From Limnochordia bacterium (GTDB taxonomy: Bacteria > Bacillota > Limnochordia > DTU080), in the NCBI GenBank assembly GCA_050951545.1, contig JBMNJG010000007.1:160001-224000 (forward strand): a stretch of DNA of 64,000 nucleotides. The letters run 5' to 3'. Below, piece after piece: positions 1-11,000 of the stretch. Under the pieces are notes generated by a model. That model was not told the origin of the DNA, made no database searches, and worked only from the letters and a program-made list of their open reading frames with translations. The translations under genes were made by a program, and so were the position numbers. Numbering within the stretch: the first letter of the stretch is position 1; every line of letters starts with the position of its first letter.

Positions 1-152
1 CCTGACGACACGTATGACACGGCCCAAAGACGGTTCGCCCACGGCATCAGGGCACCAATGCCGCTCTCAGAGCGGACCGCGACTGTGTCAGCTTTTGCTG
101 TTAGTCCAGGAAACACACCACCAACACCCAGTGTATGCGGTAAACTAGTCAA
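1..152 (-). CDS. 5' part of a conserved hypothetical protein (runs off the window start)
   Basis: Not in ORF track. GGGAGGTG RBS, then TTG at 152 (or GTG at 155); open to base 1: MTSLPHTLGVGGVFPGLTAKADTVAVRSESGIGALMPWANRLWAVSYVSS. Confidence 0.7.
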   Translation of the reverse strand, partial: MTSLPHTLGVGGVFPGLTAKADTVAVRSESGIGALMPWANRLWAVSYVSS

Positions 153-306
153 CACTGCACCTCCCGAGCTATAGTGCTGCATGTCCATGGTTGGACAAGA
201 GCAGTGCCGACCCTGTGTCCGTTGCGCGGGTATCGGTGCCTATGGCGCGGCAAGGTGTGTCTGTCTGATGCAGTAGTGCGTGTCGCATACTGCGTGGTTA
301 GCGGTG

Positions 307-1140
307 TCATATGCCGCGTCTGTTTGCTTCCCTGAACGCAGATGGGGTAAGCGATTCGTAACGGGTAAAAGCACGGCTGAAATGATGGACATCGCTGTAG
401 CCTACATAACGGGCAACCTGGCTGACAGAGTAAGAGGAGTCGAGTAGCAGTGCTTTAGCCTGTGTCATCCGCATTCTGCGTAGAGTCGCGGTATAGTTGG
501 TATCCAATTCGGAACGAAACAGGTCCCGCAGGTATCCGGGACTCAAGTGCACCTGACACGCAACCTCCCGCAGCGAGATCCTCCGGTGCATATTCTCTCG
601 CATCCAGCGCAAGGCCTGTGACAGGCATGGATGAATGGACGAGCCTAGCGACAGATCGATGCGCAGAAGCCGCCAGAGTCTGGCCCACCAGGCCTGGGTA
701 AGGCCAGTGAGTTCCAGAAAATCGAACGGGTCTTTGCTGGCAAGATACTGCTCGAAGACTGGCTCCATCTCGACCCATAGGCTAACCAGGCTCTCAGGCA
801 ACCGCTGTTGCACCACGACAGGCTCTCGACTGGCGAAAAGATCAACCTCATCGAGCAGGAGCTCGCAACCCAATGACAGGTAGCGAAGCTCCCGATCTGC
901 ATCGTTCCATGAGAATGTCTGAGCGCCTGGCGGGATCACTATCAAATGCTCAGGACCAAGACGAAAATGCCTATCTTCTTGCTGCGCCGCCAGGGCACCG
1001 TCGAGCACATACCAAACCGTGGTGAATGGCCGACGCCTTGGCCCCTCCCAGCGCCAACCTGCGGGAAGGCACCACCTCTTGACCCACCACACCCTTACCG
1101 AAAAGTGCTGTGATAGGTAGTCGCAGGGGGAGCTAGACAC
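307..1140 (-). CDS. AraC family transcriptional regulator
   Basis: N-terminal cupin-like region (VWYVLDG); C-terminal double HTH (ISLREVACQVHLSPGYLRDLF ... SVSQVARYVGYSDVHHFSRAFTRYESLTPSAFR); GGAGGG RBS. Confidence 0.95.
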   Translation of the reverse strand: MSSSPCDYLSQHFSVRVWWVKRWCLPAGWRWEGPRRRPFTTVWYVLDGALAAQQEDRHFRLGPEHLIVIPPGAQTFSWNDADRELRYLSLGCELLLDEVDLFASREPVVVQQRLPESLVSLWVEMEPVFEQYLASKDPFDFLELTGLTQAWWARLWRLLRIDLSLGSSIHPCLSQALRWMRENMHRRISLREVACQVHLSPGYLRDLFRSELDTNYTATLRRMRMTQAKALLLDSSYSVSQVARYVGYSDVHHFSRAFTRYESLTPSAFREANRRGI

Positions 1141-1169
1141 GGCCTACCCTCCGTATGGAATGTTAGAAA

Positions 1170-1199
1170 GGCGCGGGCAGTGTTCAAGGGGCCCGCGCC
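1170..1199 (-). terminator. Probable intrinsic terminator after the solute-binding protein gene
   Basis: GGCGCGGGC/GCCCGCGCC 9-bp stem followed by TTTCT on the minus strand. Confidence 0.6.
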
Positions 1200-1231
1200 C
1201 ATTGGGTACTTCGCAGCTAAGGTCAGGATTC

Positions 1232-2566
1232 CTACTTGCGCTGGTTCCAGAACTGCTCTATGGTAGCCTGGGCCCGAACGGCTGCATCCTCCAGCACGGG
1301 ACCTGGGGCGTTCTTGCCACTCACTGCCTGGTCAAAGGTCGTTAAGAAGACGTTCATGACATCCTTGGTGAACGGGTACATCGGCAGAGTGGTGACGTTG
1401 GCCAGGGCTTCGCCTATGACATACCAATCCGGATTCATCTGCAGGTACTTGCGGTTCCTGTTAAATGCCCTGACAGGGGAAGGCCGTCCCTGGCGTAGCA
1501 TGAAATAGCCCGCGCTGTCTTCGCAGAGGGTAAGCCACTTGAGCAAACGCCACGCTGCTTCAGGGTTCTTGCTGCTTGAGGACATACTGTAGTGGAAAGT
1601 ACCCACGTGCATCCCGTGCGCTGCAGCGGGCTCTTTCGTAGGACGCAATGAGATACCGAAGTTGAGATCGGAGTTAGCTGTCCTGATGTAGCTATACTCC
1701 CATGAGCCATTGTTGTACATACCCAGCTTACCCTGGATAAAAGCGTTTCTCATGCCGGCCCCATCGCCAGCACCAACGAAACCCCGCAGAAACATGCGCA
1801 ACTCAGGTAGCCCACCATGGTAGCGCTGGCTGAAATGATTGATGGCCCAGGATGTTGCATCTACGGCTGGCTGTTCAGCAAACTCCACCCTCAAGCCGTC
1901 ATCCGAGAGCAGTCTGCCCCCGGAGGAGCCGAGCCAGGACAGCTGATAGTAGTCGCCTCCCTCAATGGGAAAAGCAGCTTGCTGCAGCTGGTCGCCTGAG
2001 TATCTCACCAACCGCCGGGCCATTTCGTCGACCTCCTGCCATGTTGCAGGGGGTCTTGCTGGGTCAAGTCCAGCCTGTGCGAAAAGGTCGCGGTTAAAGT
2101 AGAAAAGTGAACTTGCATCGCCTCCAGTCCGTATGGGAAATCCATAGACGATGCCCTTCCACAACCCGGAACCGATCTCCGATGGATACCACGTGTCCCA
2201 AGCGATGTTCTCTGCCTGCCGGTACGTTTCGAGTGATGCCAGGGCACCCATGTCGGCCAAGCCAGGTAAATTCAGACTGTGCACCATTACCACATCGGGG
2301 GCAGCTCCACCCAGAAAGGACACCATGAAGGCCTGCAACAGGGCATCGCCAACTCCCACAAGCTGGGTTGTCACCGATATGTCGGGGTTGCTCGCCATGA
2401 ACTCCTCGACCATTTCATTGACCCAATCGTTCCGCTGCTCGCCCCAGCAGTGCATCAAACGCAGACTGGTCTTGGCCGCGAGAGCACTGTGGCACCAGAT
2501 CAAAGCAACCAAGGTAGCCGCAAGACACATTCGGCACGCCAAAGCCCGCATACCACGCCGTATCAT
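1232..2566 (-). CDS. Sugar ABC transporter substrate-binding protein (family 1)
   Basis: Signal peptide (LVALIWCHSALAA), GGAAPDV, LFYFNRDLFAQAGLDPARPPATW, AAWRLLKWL. Start moved to ATG 2566 after GAGGAGG RBS. Confidence 0.9.
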   Translation of the reverse strand: MIRRGMRALACRMCLAATLVALIWCHSALAAKTSLRLMHCWGEQRNDWVNEMVEEFMASNPDISVTTQLVGVGDALLQAFMVSFLGGAAPDVVMVHSLNLPGLADMGALASLETYRQAENIAWDTWYPSEIGSGLWKGIVYGFPIRTGGDASSLFYFNRDLFAQAGLDPARPPATWQEVDEMARRLVRYSGDQLQQAAFPIEGGDYYQLSWLGSSGGRLLSDDGLRVEFAEQPAVDATSWAINHFSQRYHGGLPELRMFLRGFVGAGDGAGMRNAFIQGKLGMYNNGSWEYSYIRTANSDLNFGISLRPTKEPAAAHGMHVGTFHYSMSSSSKNPEAAWRLLKWLTLCEDSAGYFMLRQGRPSPVRAFNRNRKYLQMNPDWYVIGEALANVTTLPMYPFTKDVMNVFLTTFDQAVSGKNAPGPVLEDAAVRAQATIEQFWNQRK

Positions 2567-2951
2567 GGACAGCATCCTCCTCAATGCGTAATGCTCCACA
2601 GAAATGATGTTGTTTCGCCAGTCATGACGTTCTGATCTGGTCCGAGCGTGACCTGTGCCGATAGCGCGGGTGGCGGTGCGCGCAGCGCGGTAGCTGCCAT
2701 CGGCAGGGCCTGGCCCCAGTGTCGCCTTGACGACGTGCAAGTGACCTGCCATAGACCGAAGTAGCTGCGGCCTTCCTGGCGACGGTAATCGTTTCTACCT
2801 CGCGCAATTCGCAGGGGATCGTGTGTTTGCTGGCAAAGAATCATGTGGGTAAATCGAGAGGCCATGTGGTCGGGCGGGTAGGCGAGGTGAGGGGTCCTCG
2901 CCGTGCAGATGTATTCCGGGGTTCTGCCATCCGATGGTAGGCTTGGGCGGG

Positions 2952-3347
2952 CTAGCACTTTCCTCCCAGCTCACACCATTGCTTCCTCAATTCCTTTTCT
3001 CTCGAACGCTGCTCATCTTGGGCTTGCATGTCGCGCTCTAGGGCTTCGATCTTGCGCTGCGCAACCTCCTGATCGTGATCCGCCTTCATTTTGACGAACT
3101 CGTCGAGCGATGTGCGTATGCCTTCCTCCATCTCGCGCCTGATGCATGTATACTCCACAGGGTAATCCTTGCGCATGATGGCGTGCATCATCCCGCCAGC
3201 CCAGCCCGGAGACCGACCGCGCATATGCAGTTCAATGCTGTTCTCTAGGCTCATCAGAGTCTCTATGTAGCCTCGGTCCTCCCACTTGGTCTCCTGCAGA
3301 CGGTCACGGACGAACTGTGTCTTAATCTTGTTCAGGTCCCTTGCCAA
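2952..3347 (-). CDS. Hypothetical helical/coiled-coil protein downstream of brxL
   Basis: Very strong RBS AAAGGAGGTG before TTG at 3347; 131 aa, charged helical C-terminus; family not recognised. Confidence 0.7.
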   Translation of the reverse strand: MARDLNKIKTQFVRDRLQETKWEDRGYIETLMSLENSIELHMRGRSPGWAGGMMHAIMRKDYPVEYTCIRREMEEGIRTSLDEFVKMKADHDQEVAQRKIEALERDMQAQDEQRSREKELRKQWCELGGKC

Positions 3348-3526
3348 TTCGCACACCTCCTTTCCAACGGTGATCCGCCTTCCTGGGTTTGACAGTACTC
3401 CATTTGCTTGATTTTACCTTCCAGAAATGTTCGAGCTTCTTGCATGGGTTCCAACCCCGGAGGGGTCACCAAGAGTTGGTCCGGCACTCTGACTCCATTG
3501 ATGATCGGAGGACCTTCACTCGGCAA
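3332..3526 (-). CDS. Possible small hypothetical protein (64 aa) overlapping the brxL stop
   Basis: Fills the gap between brxL and the next ORF and overlaps both; no clear RBS. Confidence 0.3.
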   Translation of the reverse strand: MPSEGPPIINGVRVPDQLLVTPPGLEPMQEARTFLEGKIKQMEYCQTQEGGSPLERRCANWQGT

Positions 3527-5564
3527 TCGCTTTTAGCAGGGCCTCCCTGGCATCTGCGTAGAACTGCACGTCGATCTTTGTCGCCATTTCGTCAGATAGG
3601 TCAATCAGCTGTCGCCTGCTCGCTACGGGCATGAGCAGGATAGAGGCACCTTTTTCAACGGCGATTTCAGCCAGCGTCACAGGGTTATGAATGGGCTCAA
3701 TGGAGCCCCCTAGGTTGATCTCCCCGACGATGACCATCCCACCACGCACGCTCTTCTTGAGTAAGGCAGTGCTGAGTGCAATCAGAGCCGCCACCCCAAC
3801 CTTTGCCCCCTGTTTCGAGGCGTCAAATGCTCGAAGTTGCGTGGTAAACTCATACTCTCGGGGATCACGATCTCCGACGAGTTGCATGGCCCGTGCGTAC
3901 AGGTTCTGCTCCGCGTAGCTTAAGCTCTCACGAAAGGCTGCCGGAACTGGCTTGTTGAGGATCTTGACTCCCGATCCGGGTCCCACGTTGACCTCAATGC
4001 GGAATAGGCCCGGATGCTCGTCATGGCCACCGGGACTGATTGTCCACACTTGCCCTGGCTCGAGGGGGTCCGAGGCAATGCAGCTTTCACTGTACAACTC
4101 CGGCGTAGCCACAAACTGCTCTACACCATCGGTTCCTATGGCGTAACTGAAGTGTGTGTTGCGAAACTCAGCGGCACCGACGCGCTTTTGTTGTTCTTTC
4201 ACTCTACGTCGAGCTTCTATGGCAATTCGTACAGCCCACTCCAGATCTTCGTCGGAGATCCTCATGTCAGCCGATGGATACAGGAGTTTCAGCAGACCAC
4301 TAACCGTTTTGTTAACAGCGTTTGTGTCGCGCCCTGAGAATGCCCCGCCATAGAACACGCGGTTCTGTAAGTGGTTGAGCCGACTTTGGTAACGGAGTTG
4401 GCGCCAGCACTCTGAGAGAAAGTCGCTGACGAGGCCAAAGTGGTTGGTAAGTAGGCTTCTATCGATCTTAGGGACATCCCAGCCAGGCAAGAAAGCATGG
4501 ATGCGATCCATAAATGCTGTGTCATTACGCATCTCTGGAGGTAACGGACCAAAAAGATGACCGATGCGCTGTTGATGCTCTACGTCCACCTCAAAGTTGC
4601 CGACGAGCACAATGCTGCCCTCTGCCCGGATGCTTTCCCGGCCTCGGCTGAACTCCCCGGACTCCATGTACCCCTTCATGATGTTCACGCCGTCTTTTTG
4701 ATCAAAGGAGACGCCGGAGACTTCATCAAAACATACAACGTCGTACTGGCAGACAAGTCCCCGTTGTCCGGTAGCATTGTTGACAAACATGCGGGCGACC
4801 GTCGCCTTTCCGCCCGAAATAAGGTGGGCGTAGGGGGAGACCTGCTGAAACAGATGACTCTTTCCTGTGCCACGGGGCCCGAGCTCAACCATGTTGTAAT
4901 TGCGTTCAACAAAGGGCACCATGCGCAGCAAAAGGGCGTTTCTTTGCCGTTCAGGCAAACCGATTGGCTCAATGCCTATGGAGCGAAGCAGGAGATCCTT
5001 CCATTGTCCCGTCGTAAAGTGTTGGCGTGCCTCAGCCAGAACGTCGAGCACATCACGTTGTGATAGCTGAATCTCACGCAGGAACTGGATGCCAAACGGA
5101 CGCCCTCGGCTCTCCTGGGCAATGAGTGAATCGTATTCAAGTGTGATTTCCGCGTAGAAGCCCCCGGTAAGCATCCGCTCGTGCTCGCTCACAAGCTCTG
5201 CGCTAATTCGCACGTCGTTGAGCTGCAGACTCGGCAGGGTAGCCAGGTAAGAGTCTGTTCTGGCATCAAGGCGGGCGGTGATCAGATCGATGAGTCTGAC
5301 CTCACCGTTTTCTCTAGCCCGGGCCTTAAACAACTCTTCCTCGCCCGCTTTGACGGTACGCGAGGTGAGTTGCCGTTGGACAATTTCGAGTCCCTCATCG
5401 ATTTCTTCTTGGTCCGTACTGGCGCAGTAGCGTCCCAGTAAGAACTCGACGACGTACGTAGGAACCGGGAATTGGCGGCTAAAGGTACGTACCAAGTCTT
5501 TGCGGACCAGGTAACCTTCGAGGGAAGAGGCGGCTATTTCGTCGATGTGGTCAAACTCTATCAT
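3516..5564 (-). CDS. brxL: BREX Lon-like ATPase BrxL
   Basis: VPTYVVEFLLGRYC, Walker A GPRGTGKS, Walker B VVCFDE, C-terminal Lon-protease-like domain; ATGA overlap with pglZ. Confidence 0.95.
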   Translation of the reverse strand: MIEFDHIDEIAASSLEGYLVRKDLVRTFSRQFPVPTYVVEFLLGRYCASTDQEEIDEGLEIVQRQLTSRTVKAGEEELFKARARENGEVRLIDLITARLDARTDSYLATLPSLQLNDVRISAELVSEHERMLTGGFYAEITLEYDSLIAQESRGRPFGIQFLREIQLSQRDVLDVLAEARQHFTTGQWKDLLLRSIGIEPIGLPERQRNALLLRMVPFVERNYNMVELGPRGTGKSHLFQQVSPYAHLISGGKATVARMFVNNATGQRGLVCQYDVVCFDEVSGVSFDQKDGVNIMKGYMESGEFSRGRESIRAEGSIVLVGNFEVDVEHQQRIGHLFGPLPPEMRNDTAFMDRIHAFLPGWDVPKIDRSLLTNHFGLVSDFLSECWRQLRYQSRLNHLQNRVFYGGAFSGRDTNAVNKTVSGLLKLLYPSADMRISDEDLEWAVRIAIEARRRVKEQQKRVGAAEFRNTHFSYAIGTDGVEQFVATPELYSESCIASDPLEPGQVWTISPGGHDEHPGLFRIEVNVGPGSGVKILNKPVPAAFRESLSYAEQNLYARAMQLVGDRDPREYEFTTQLRAFDASKQGAKVGVAALIALSTALLKKSVRGGMVIVGEINLGGSIEPIHNPVTLAEIAVEKGASILLMPVASRRQLIDLSDEMATKIDVQFYADAREALLKAIAE

Positions 5565-7915
5565 GGCCCATCACCCCCGATGGTCGTTATTGTTTGGGCG
5601 ACCAAGCGCCCGTCCTCCGCGATGAAGACGACAGTTGCTGTCTCGCCGATTAGGCCGTCGTCGTCAACGACAACCGAACCTGTACCGTCATCTCGTAAGG
5701 CCCTCACTGTCGCCACTACGCTTGATGAAGGGTTGCCTGGCTGTAGGCGGATATCAACCGAAACGCCTGAAGTACGACCGTCAGCCACTATTCGGCAACG
5801 CAGTCCTTGCCATGTGACACTGGCGATCCGAAACGGTGTACCAGCCAAGGTTCCGGTGGCGCTGGTCACGCGCAATTGCAGCGTGAGACACTCCTGCAGG
5901 CTCAGACCGCCGTGGGTGTAAATCATCCCCTGGCGGAAGGCGCGCACTCCGTCGGCAATGGCAACAAGGCGATCTGGATTCCAATACCAAGGAAAGAGGC
6001 GCACATTCGAGGGCGCGCCTGGTTTGAGCATAGCAAAGCGCCCCCACTTGTTTTCGGTCTGTGCGCTCGGGAGCTCTACCTTCGGCAAACCACCGGGCAT
6101 AAGCAGCCAGCCATGGTCCGTTACCACGCGAATGCCCTTCCAGCCCGCCGAAAGCAATGCTTTGATTCGCTCGCCTATGTCGTAAAGGAGCTCATCAAGC
6201 GCCCCAGCCAGCCGGATTTGTCGATGATGACCAGCCTCGTCAATGTTGCCAAATTCAAACCAAGCACTGCCTTCGCAGTCACCGTGTTCGCTGCTACCCG
6301 GCACTTGCCATCCAGCCTCGCTAAGCAAGCGCCTGAAATGGTAGGTGGTTAAGGATTGGCCTGTCTGGCCTACCTGTGGAACGAACTCCGTATTCGCATG
6401 ATCCCCTCGGATCGCATGGCGCACGGGGCTAACGGCTGGTTTGGCGGTGGATGTGATGCTGGGGAGAGCTGCCCAGGCCATGTCTTCTGTCACAGTTAAG
6501 CCAGCCAGCTCAAGCATCTTCACAAGTCTCTTCGCCGCGTCGAAGCGTAGCCCATCGACAAACAGGATGCATTCGCCAGGGGTCGGTTCAATTGCTGGGG
6601 CGTGGGCAATCGTACCTCCGGGGTAACCCTGTTCCTCAGTGATGCGTTGGAGGTAATGTGCGGCATCATCTACCCAAGGTAGATACACCCCGCGAATTGC
6701 CGCGGTCACCGCCTCAATGTCTTGCGGCATATGGGCAAAGGCTAGGGCCCGTAATACTGCATCATCAGCTTTCCAGCCTGTATTAGCATAACCCGTGACA
6801 AGATCGTCTATGGTGCCGGCATCCAGCCCAATCTGTGTAATCGCGGCCAACTCACTTAGAGGTTCCAGGGCTTGGGCCAAGGCGGCGTCACCCAGTTGGG
6901 CCCAGACGGCTTGTCGCCGTCGACCATGCTGTCTCTCCAACTCCAGCAATTGCGTGCGGACTTCTTTTCGGGTCTTCGTTTCCAGGCCCAGCAAGGCTTG
7001 CCTTAGTGCCTCTTCTTGTTCGTCGTTCCATTGCGGCCAGCCATCGAAACGGCCGTCGTCGTCAGTGAGCCAGAGGATGGTGCTACGCGGTGGTTCGGCA
7101 CTACGTATGCGCACAGGAATGCCAGGGTACCGGCTGGGGGCTTCACGAAACCGATCCCAAATGGCGTTCCAGGGGCCCTCACGGGAGGCCAACTTGGTGG
7201 CAGCCCCGATTGGTCCTTCGGTTTCGGGGTTAAACCCCCACTGCGACTGGCACAGGTCTACAAAGGCCCGCCATTGATCGTCTGTGCGCGTCGCGCGGAA
7301 GCTCTCTTCTTCATCGAGCCATTTCAGCAGTTCGCGCGCGGGATCTCCACCCGCGATCAAGAGGTTGAGAAAATGCTTGTCAAGCCGCATGCTTTTCAGG
7401 TAGGATAATTCTTCGTTAAGAAGATGACCCAAGGCCGCCAGCATGGCCTGCTTCGAATCGTTATCTTGAGCTACGTCTAAATCTACGCCTTGACGTGATT
7501 TGAGGAAGGCAAGCACGGTCCAATCACGGCCATTGGCTTGGGACCAGTACGTTCCCCGAAACTGAAGCTCAACGAGGGGGGCCAACGCATCCGGACAGTT
7601 CTCGACATCCCGCAGTTGTTGTCGGCTGACCCCGGGCAAGTAAATGATGGGTGTGCGCTGCTCAGGTAGGCGGGTATCGTCAATCACGCCTGCGATCACA
7701 CAACGCAGCCAAATGGCGGGTCCGCGTCGTTGAGCAGGATCGTATTTGCCCAGCACGATGAGCTCAGGCATCTCATCTAAGAGATGAGGCAGAATGCTTG
7801 TCCACTGACCTTCGCCATCGGGCCATAGGATGCACGCAGGGGCCACCTCGGCCTCCGGGTTGTAGAGACCAGCCAAACGAACAGCCTGGGTTAGAGATGT
7901 GAGTACAGTTGGCAT
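5561..7915 (-). CDS. pglZ: BREX-1 alkaline-phosphatase-fold protein PglZ (type B-like)
   Basis: N-term APACILWPDGEGQW; metal motifs LFVDGLRFD, LPSITSTAK, VVTDHG, YTHGGLSLQE. Start moved to ATG 7915. Confidence 0.93.
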   Translation of the reverse strand: MPTVLTSLTQAVRLAGLYNPEAEVAPACILWPDGEGQWTSILPHLLDEMPELIVLGKYDPAQRRGPAIWLRCVIAGVIDDTRLPEQRTPIIYLPGVSRQQLRDVENCPDALAPLVELQFRGTYWSQANGRDWTVLAFLKSRQGVDLDVAQDNDSKQAMLAALGHLLNEELSYLKSMRLDKHFLNLLIAGGDPARELLKWLDEEESFRATRTDDQWRAFVDLCQSQWGFNPETEGPIGAATKLASREGPWNAIWDRFREAPSRYPGIPVRIRSAEPPRSTILWLTDDDGRFDGWPQWNDEQEEALRQALLGLETKTRKEVRTQLLELERQHGRRRQAVWAQLGDAALAQALEPLSELAAITQIGLDAGTIDDLVTGYANTGWKADDAVLRALAFAHMPQDIEAVTAAIRGVYLPWVDDAAHYLQRITEEQGYPGGTIAHAPAIEPTPGECILFVDGLRFDAAKRLVKMLELAGLTVTEDMAWAALPSITSTAKPAVSPVRHAIRGDHANTEFVPQVGQTGQSLTTYHFRRLLSEAGWQVPGSSEHGDCEGSAWFEFGNIDEAGHHRQIRLAGALDELLYDIGERIKALLSAGWKGIRVVTDHGWLLMPGGLPKVELPSAQTENKWGRFAMLKPGAPSNVRLFPWYWNPDRLVAIADGVRAFRQGMIYTHGGLSLQECLTLQLRVTSATGTLAGTPFRIASVTWQGLRCRIVADGRTSGVSVDIRLQPGNPSSSVVATVRALRDDGTGSVVVDDDGLIGETATVVFIAEDGRLVAQTITTIGGDGP

Positions 7916-8083
7916 TATCGATCCATTCCCTTTGAGGATCTCGATCAAGTCACCGCGGCGAAAGGTAGCCGAAAGCTGTTGCAGGGACACCTCTCGCCCA
8001 CCATAGAGCTCGTCAATCGCTTTTTGGATGTCATCGAGCGCCTCGTTGAACAAAGGTAAGTCCCAAGCTCATACCAGGCCTGG

Positions 8084-11000
8084 TCACGTATTTGCTCTGC
8101 TAGGGCATCCACGCGATCCCTCCTGGCCAACCTGGCGACGAGCCTGGTGCTTCGCCTTAAGCGTTAAATGGTAGTCATTGACACGATCGCCCGCAAAGAC
8201 ATGATACCATGGCGCAGACGGTACGTCTTTTCCGCGGTCTTTGCCCCACTTTATGTTCGGCCTGCTGCGGAGGACGCCTGCTCCCTTAAGCCTCACATCC
8301 GGTACCGTCATGAAGGGGCGGATGTTGAGCCGTACACCGTCATTCAGGTCGGGTTCCCACCCGATGGGTTGCTGTTCAAGCGGTTTCCAACGGACAAAGA
8401 TATCGTAAGGCGCTTCACCAGCGAGGATGAGTTCGAGACTGCGCTTCAGCTCCTCAGCAGCGATCAGCTTCTCTTCGGCACCATCGATACCGTTGGCGAC
8501 CGCTTCACGCTGCCGGCCAATCCACTCACCGAGGTACGTGTAGACCAGCGACTCTAATCCTTTACGGTCGAGCCTGTGGTAGTTGACAAGGGCTGCGAAT
8601 CCGTCTTGGAGCCCATCCCAGATGTGCCAGATGAAGGGGCGGTTTTGAAACAGGCGGCAATGCTGGGCAAAGAACTTGTCCCGTAGCCACGTCTCAAGCG
8701 TCTGGTCGGCACAATCGGCATCGGCGAGCAAACGAGCCAACCGGTCAGTGGACCAATCATCCGCGTAGGCAGCGGCAAGCACATCCAATAAGCGGTCGGC
8801 TGCGGATGATTCACCCCGCAGCGAGGGAATGCAGACGATGCCGTCTTGGTCTGCATAGGGAAGCAAGGTCTCTGAACGCTTGATCCAGGCCCGAGCCTCG
8901 TCAGATAACTCCATCTCAGGATCCAACTCAGCTGGCCAGCGGTAGCCGAGCAATCGCGCCACGGCCACTTGTAGAGGGGCTTCACTTTGGGCAGGATGGC
9001 CGTGGAAGATCCACTGCGTTGGGTCGTCGGAGTAGGGTTTGGGCAGGCCGTTAGGGTATTTCTCTTCGGCCACTTCGGTCCAGTAGTCGAGGTCGAAGGG
9101 GACTTTGACCAGAGAAGCGTTTGTCACCTTAAGGCTTTGGTCTATTTGTCGCACCGCTTCGTTGTATTCGGGTGAGGAGCAGTAGCACCAGATGGCAGGG
9201 AGGTGAGCTGGGTTGTGGGGGAGGATGACTGCGACATTCTTGTCGAAGATGGCCCCCTGGTACCTGGCTACGGGCAGGGCACGCATCTGGCTGATGGCAA
9301 CACCTGTTTTGCCCCAAGCGGCCCCGCCAGCCGGAATAGCCAAGCCTTGCCTCCCTAGCTCAGCCAACACTCCCCTACCCTTCTGCCAAAAGACGATCTG
9401 CTCTAAACCACTCCAGTGAGTGGTCTCCTTTACAGTAGTCTGCAGGAACTGCCAATCCACTCCGAAACTGCTGATCTCCCAGTACTGACGAAAGAAGCGA
9501 GGAGCATCTTTACTACCGAACCCATGCACTCCAGCCGCACACCGTGATAATAAGGGCAAAGCAGCCGTTTCCTCCAGCACCACCCTCGCATCCGGATTAT
9601 CCAACTGCGCCGCCTGCTCCACTTGCTTAATCTCAGTATCCAGCAACTGCACAGCCTTCTCATCCGCAATACGCGGCTCCGATACATCCAATCCACAAAG
9701 CATGTGCTCCTCGGGCGCCTCCCCTTTACCCATGGTGAGAAGAATCGCCATGACAACTTCACCAGTGATTGTCTCAAATGCCCCAGGTCCCAGCCTTGCC
9801 ACCATATGCCACGTATCATTCCTGAGCAGCTTCTTCCGGAATTTCTCGTAGCTCGTCAAAAAGAGCCAGTTCTGGGGCATGACAATACTGGTGGTCCCAC
9901 CCGGTACCAGGAATGCCAGGCAGCGCTCCAAGAAAACGTTAGCCAGGTCACCCTTTGCTGCCGCGTGATTTTCGTCACAGAACGAGCGTAAGATGTCGTC
10001 CTGCTTGCCACGGGTGAGATACGGCACGTTGGTGATTATCCAATGGTACTTCCCCGCTAACAAACTGGCGGCTCTGGCTAGCCCATGGGCCACCACACCA
10101 GCTTCGTAAAGCTCCTCACTATGCCCATTGTTCAGCGCCGCCTCTAGCAATTCCGCCACGTGCTGGTAATCTTCGGTAAACAAGGTTTTTTGCACCCGTT
10201 GTGGATCAATGAGGCTACCAAGCACCGGGGCATTCTGAAAGAGGCCGTGTAGCTCCTCTAGAGCGTTTTGTGCTTCGGGCTCTCCCTCTGCCAAGCTCAA
10301 CCATTCTTCTTTCTGGGCACTGACTGTCAGGCCCGAACAGGCAATGTGCAAATCAGGCAAGGTGCGGTAACCGTCAGCTCTTGGATACCGCCATGCGGTG
10401 AGTGCCAAGGTAAACGCCGCCAATTCGACGCAGCGCTTGTCGAGTTCAAGGCCATGGAGGTTCTCCCTCAGTACAGCATCTACCGCTTCCGGCGCCGAGA
10501 GCCCCTCCAGGTGCATGCGCATCGGTGTCAACATGAGAAGGGCGGCAACCAGAAAATGACCCGATCCACAGCATGGATCCATCACTTTGAGGTTTTTTGG
10601 TTCTTTTGGCCAATCATCAAAGGTCCCCGCTGCGGGACGCCACGCCCCTTCCTCGTCCTGCACAAACCTCAGATACTCCAACGGTACTCCGGGTATGGCC
10701 GCCTTCTTTCGTAACTCGTCTTCATTCGCTGCACCTTTGAGGTCGTTATCCGTCAGACGACGAGCTGCCCACCAGGCGCCGAGGGCGTTATCGAGCAGAA
10801 AGCCGACCATATACGGTTCGGTAAAAAGCTGGGTCACCGCTGGCAGCTCCCGAGCCCCGATTTTCACCTCGGATGCGTTCACCTCATCTTTGCGCTTGGC
10901 TTGCCAGAATTGGTAAACCCATCCCAAGGAATCCGAGGCGGTGAACACCTCCGGTTTCAGCTGGGTGACAAGGTTTTCAAGCTCCAGTTGGTACTCCAAC

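Noticed and set aside
2581-2958. 125-aa ORF continuing the BREX orientation
   Set aside because: RBS spacing is too short, composition is not protein-like, and it overlaps the promoter region of the solute-binding protein gene
9000-9700. Possible swapped or phase-variable target-recognition region in pglX
   Set aside because: No inverted repeats, duplicate pglX fragment or recombinase seen; a compositional shift cannot be quantified without tools
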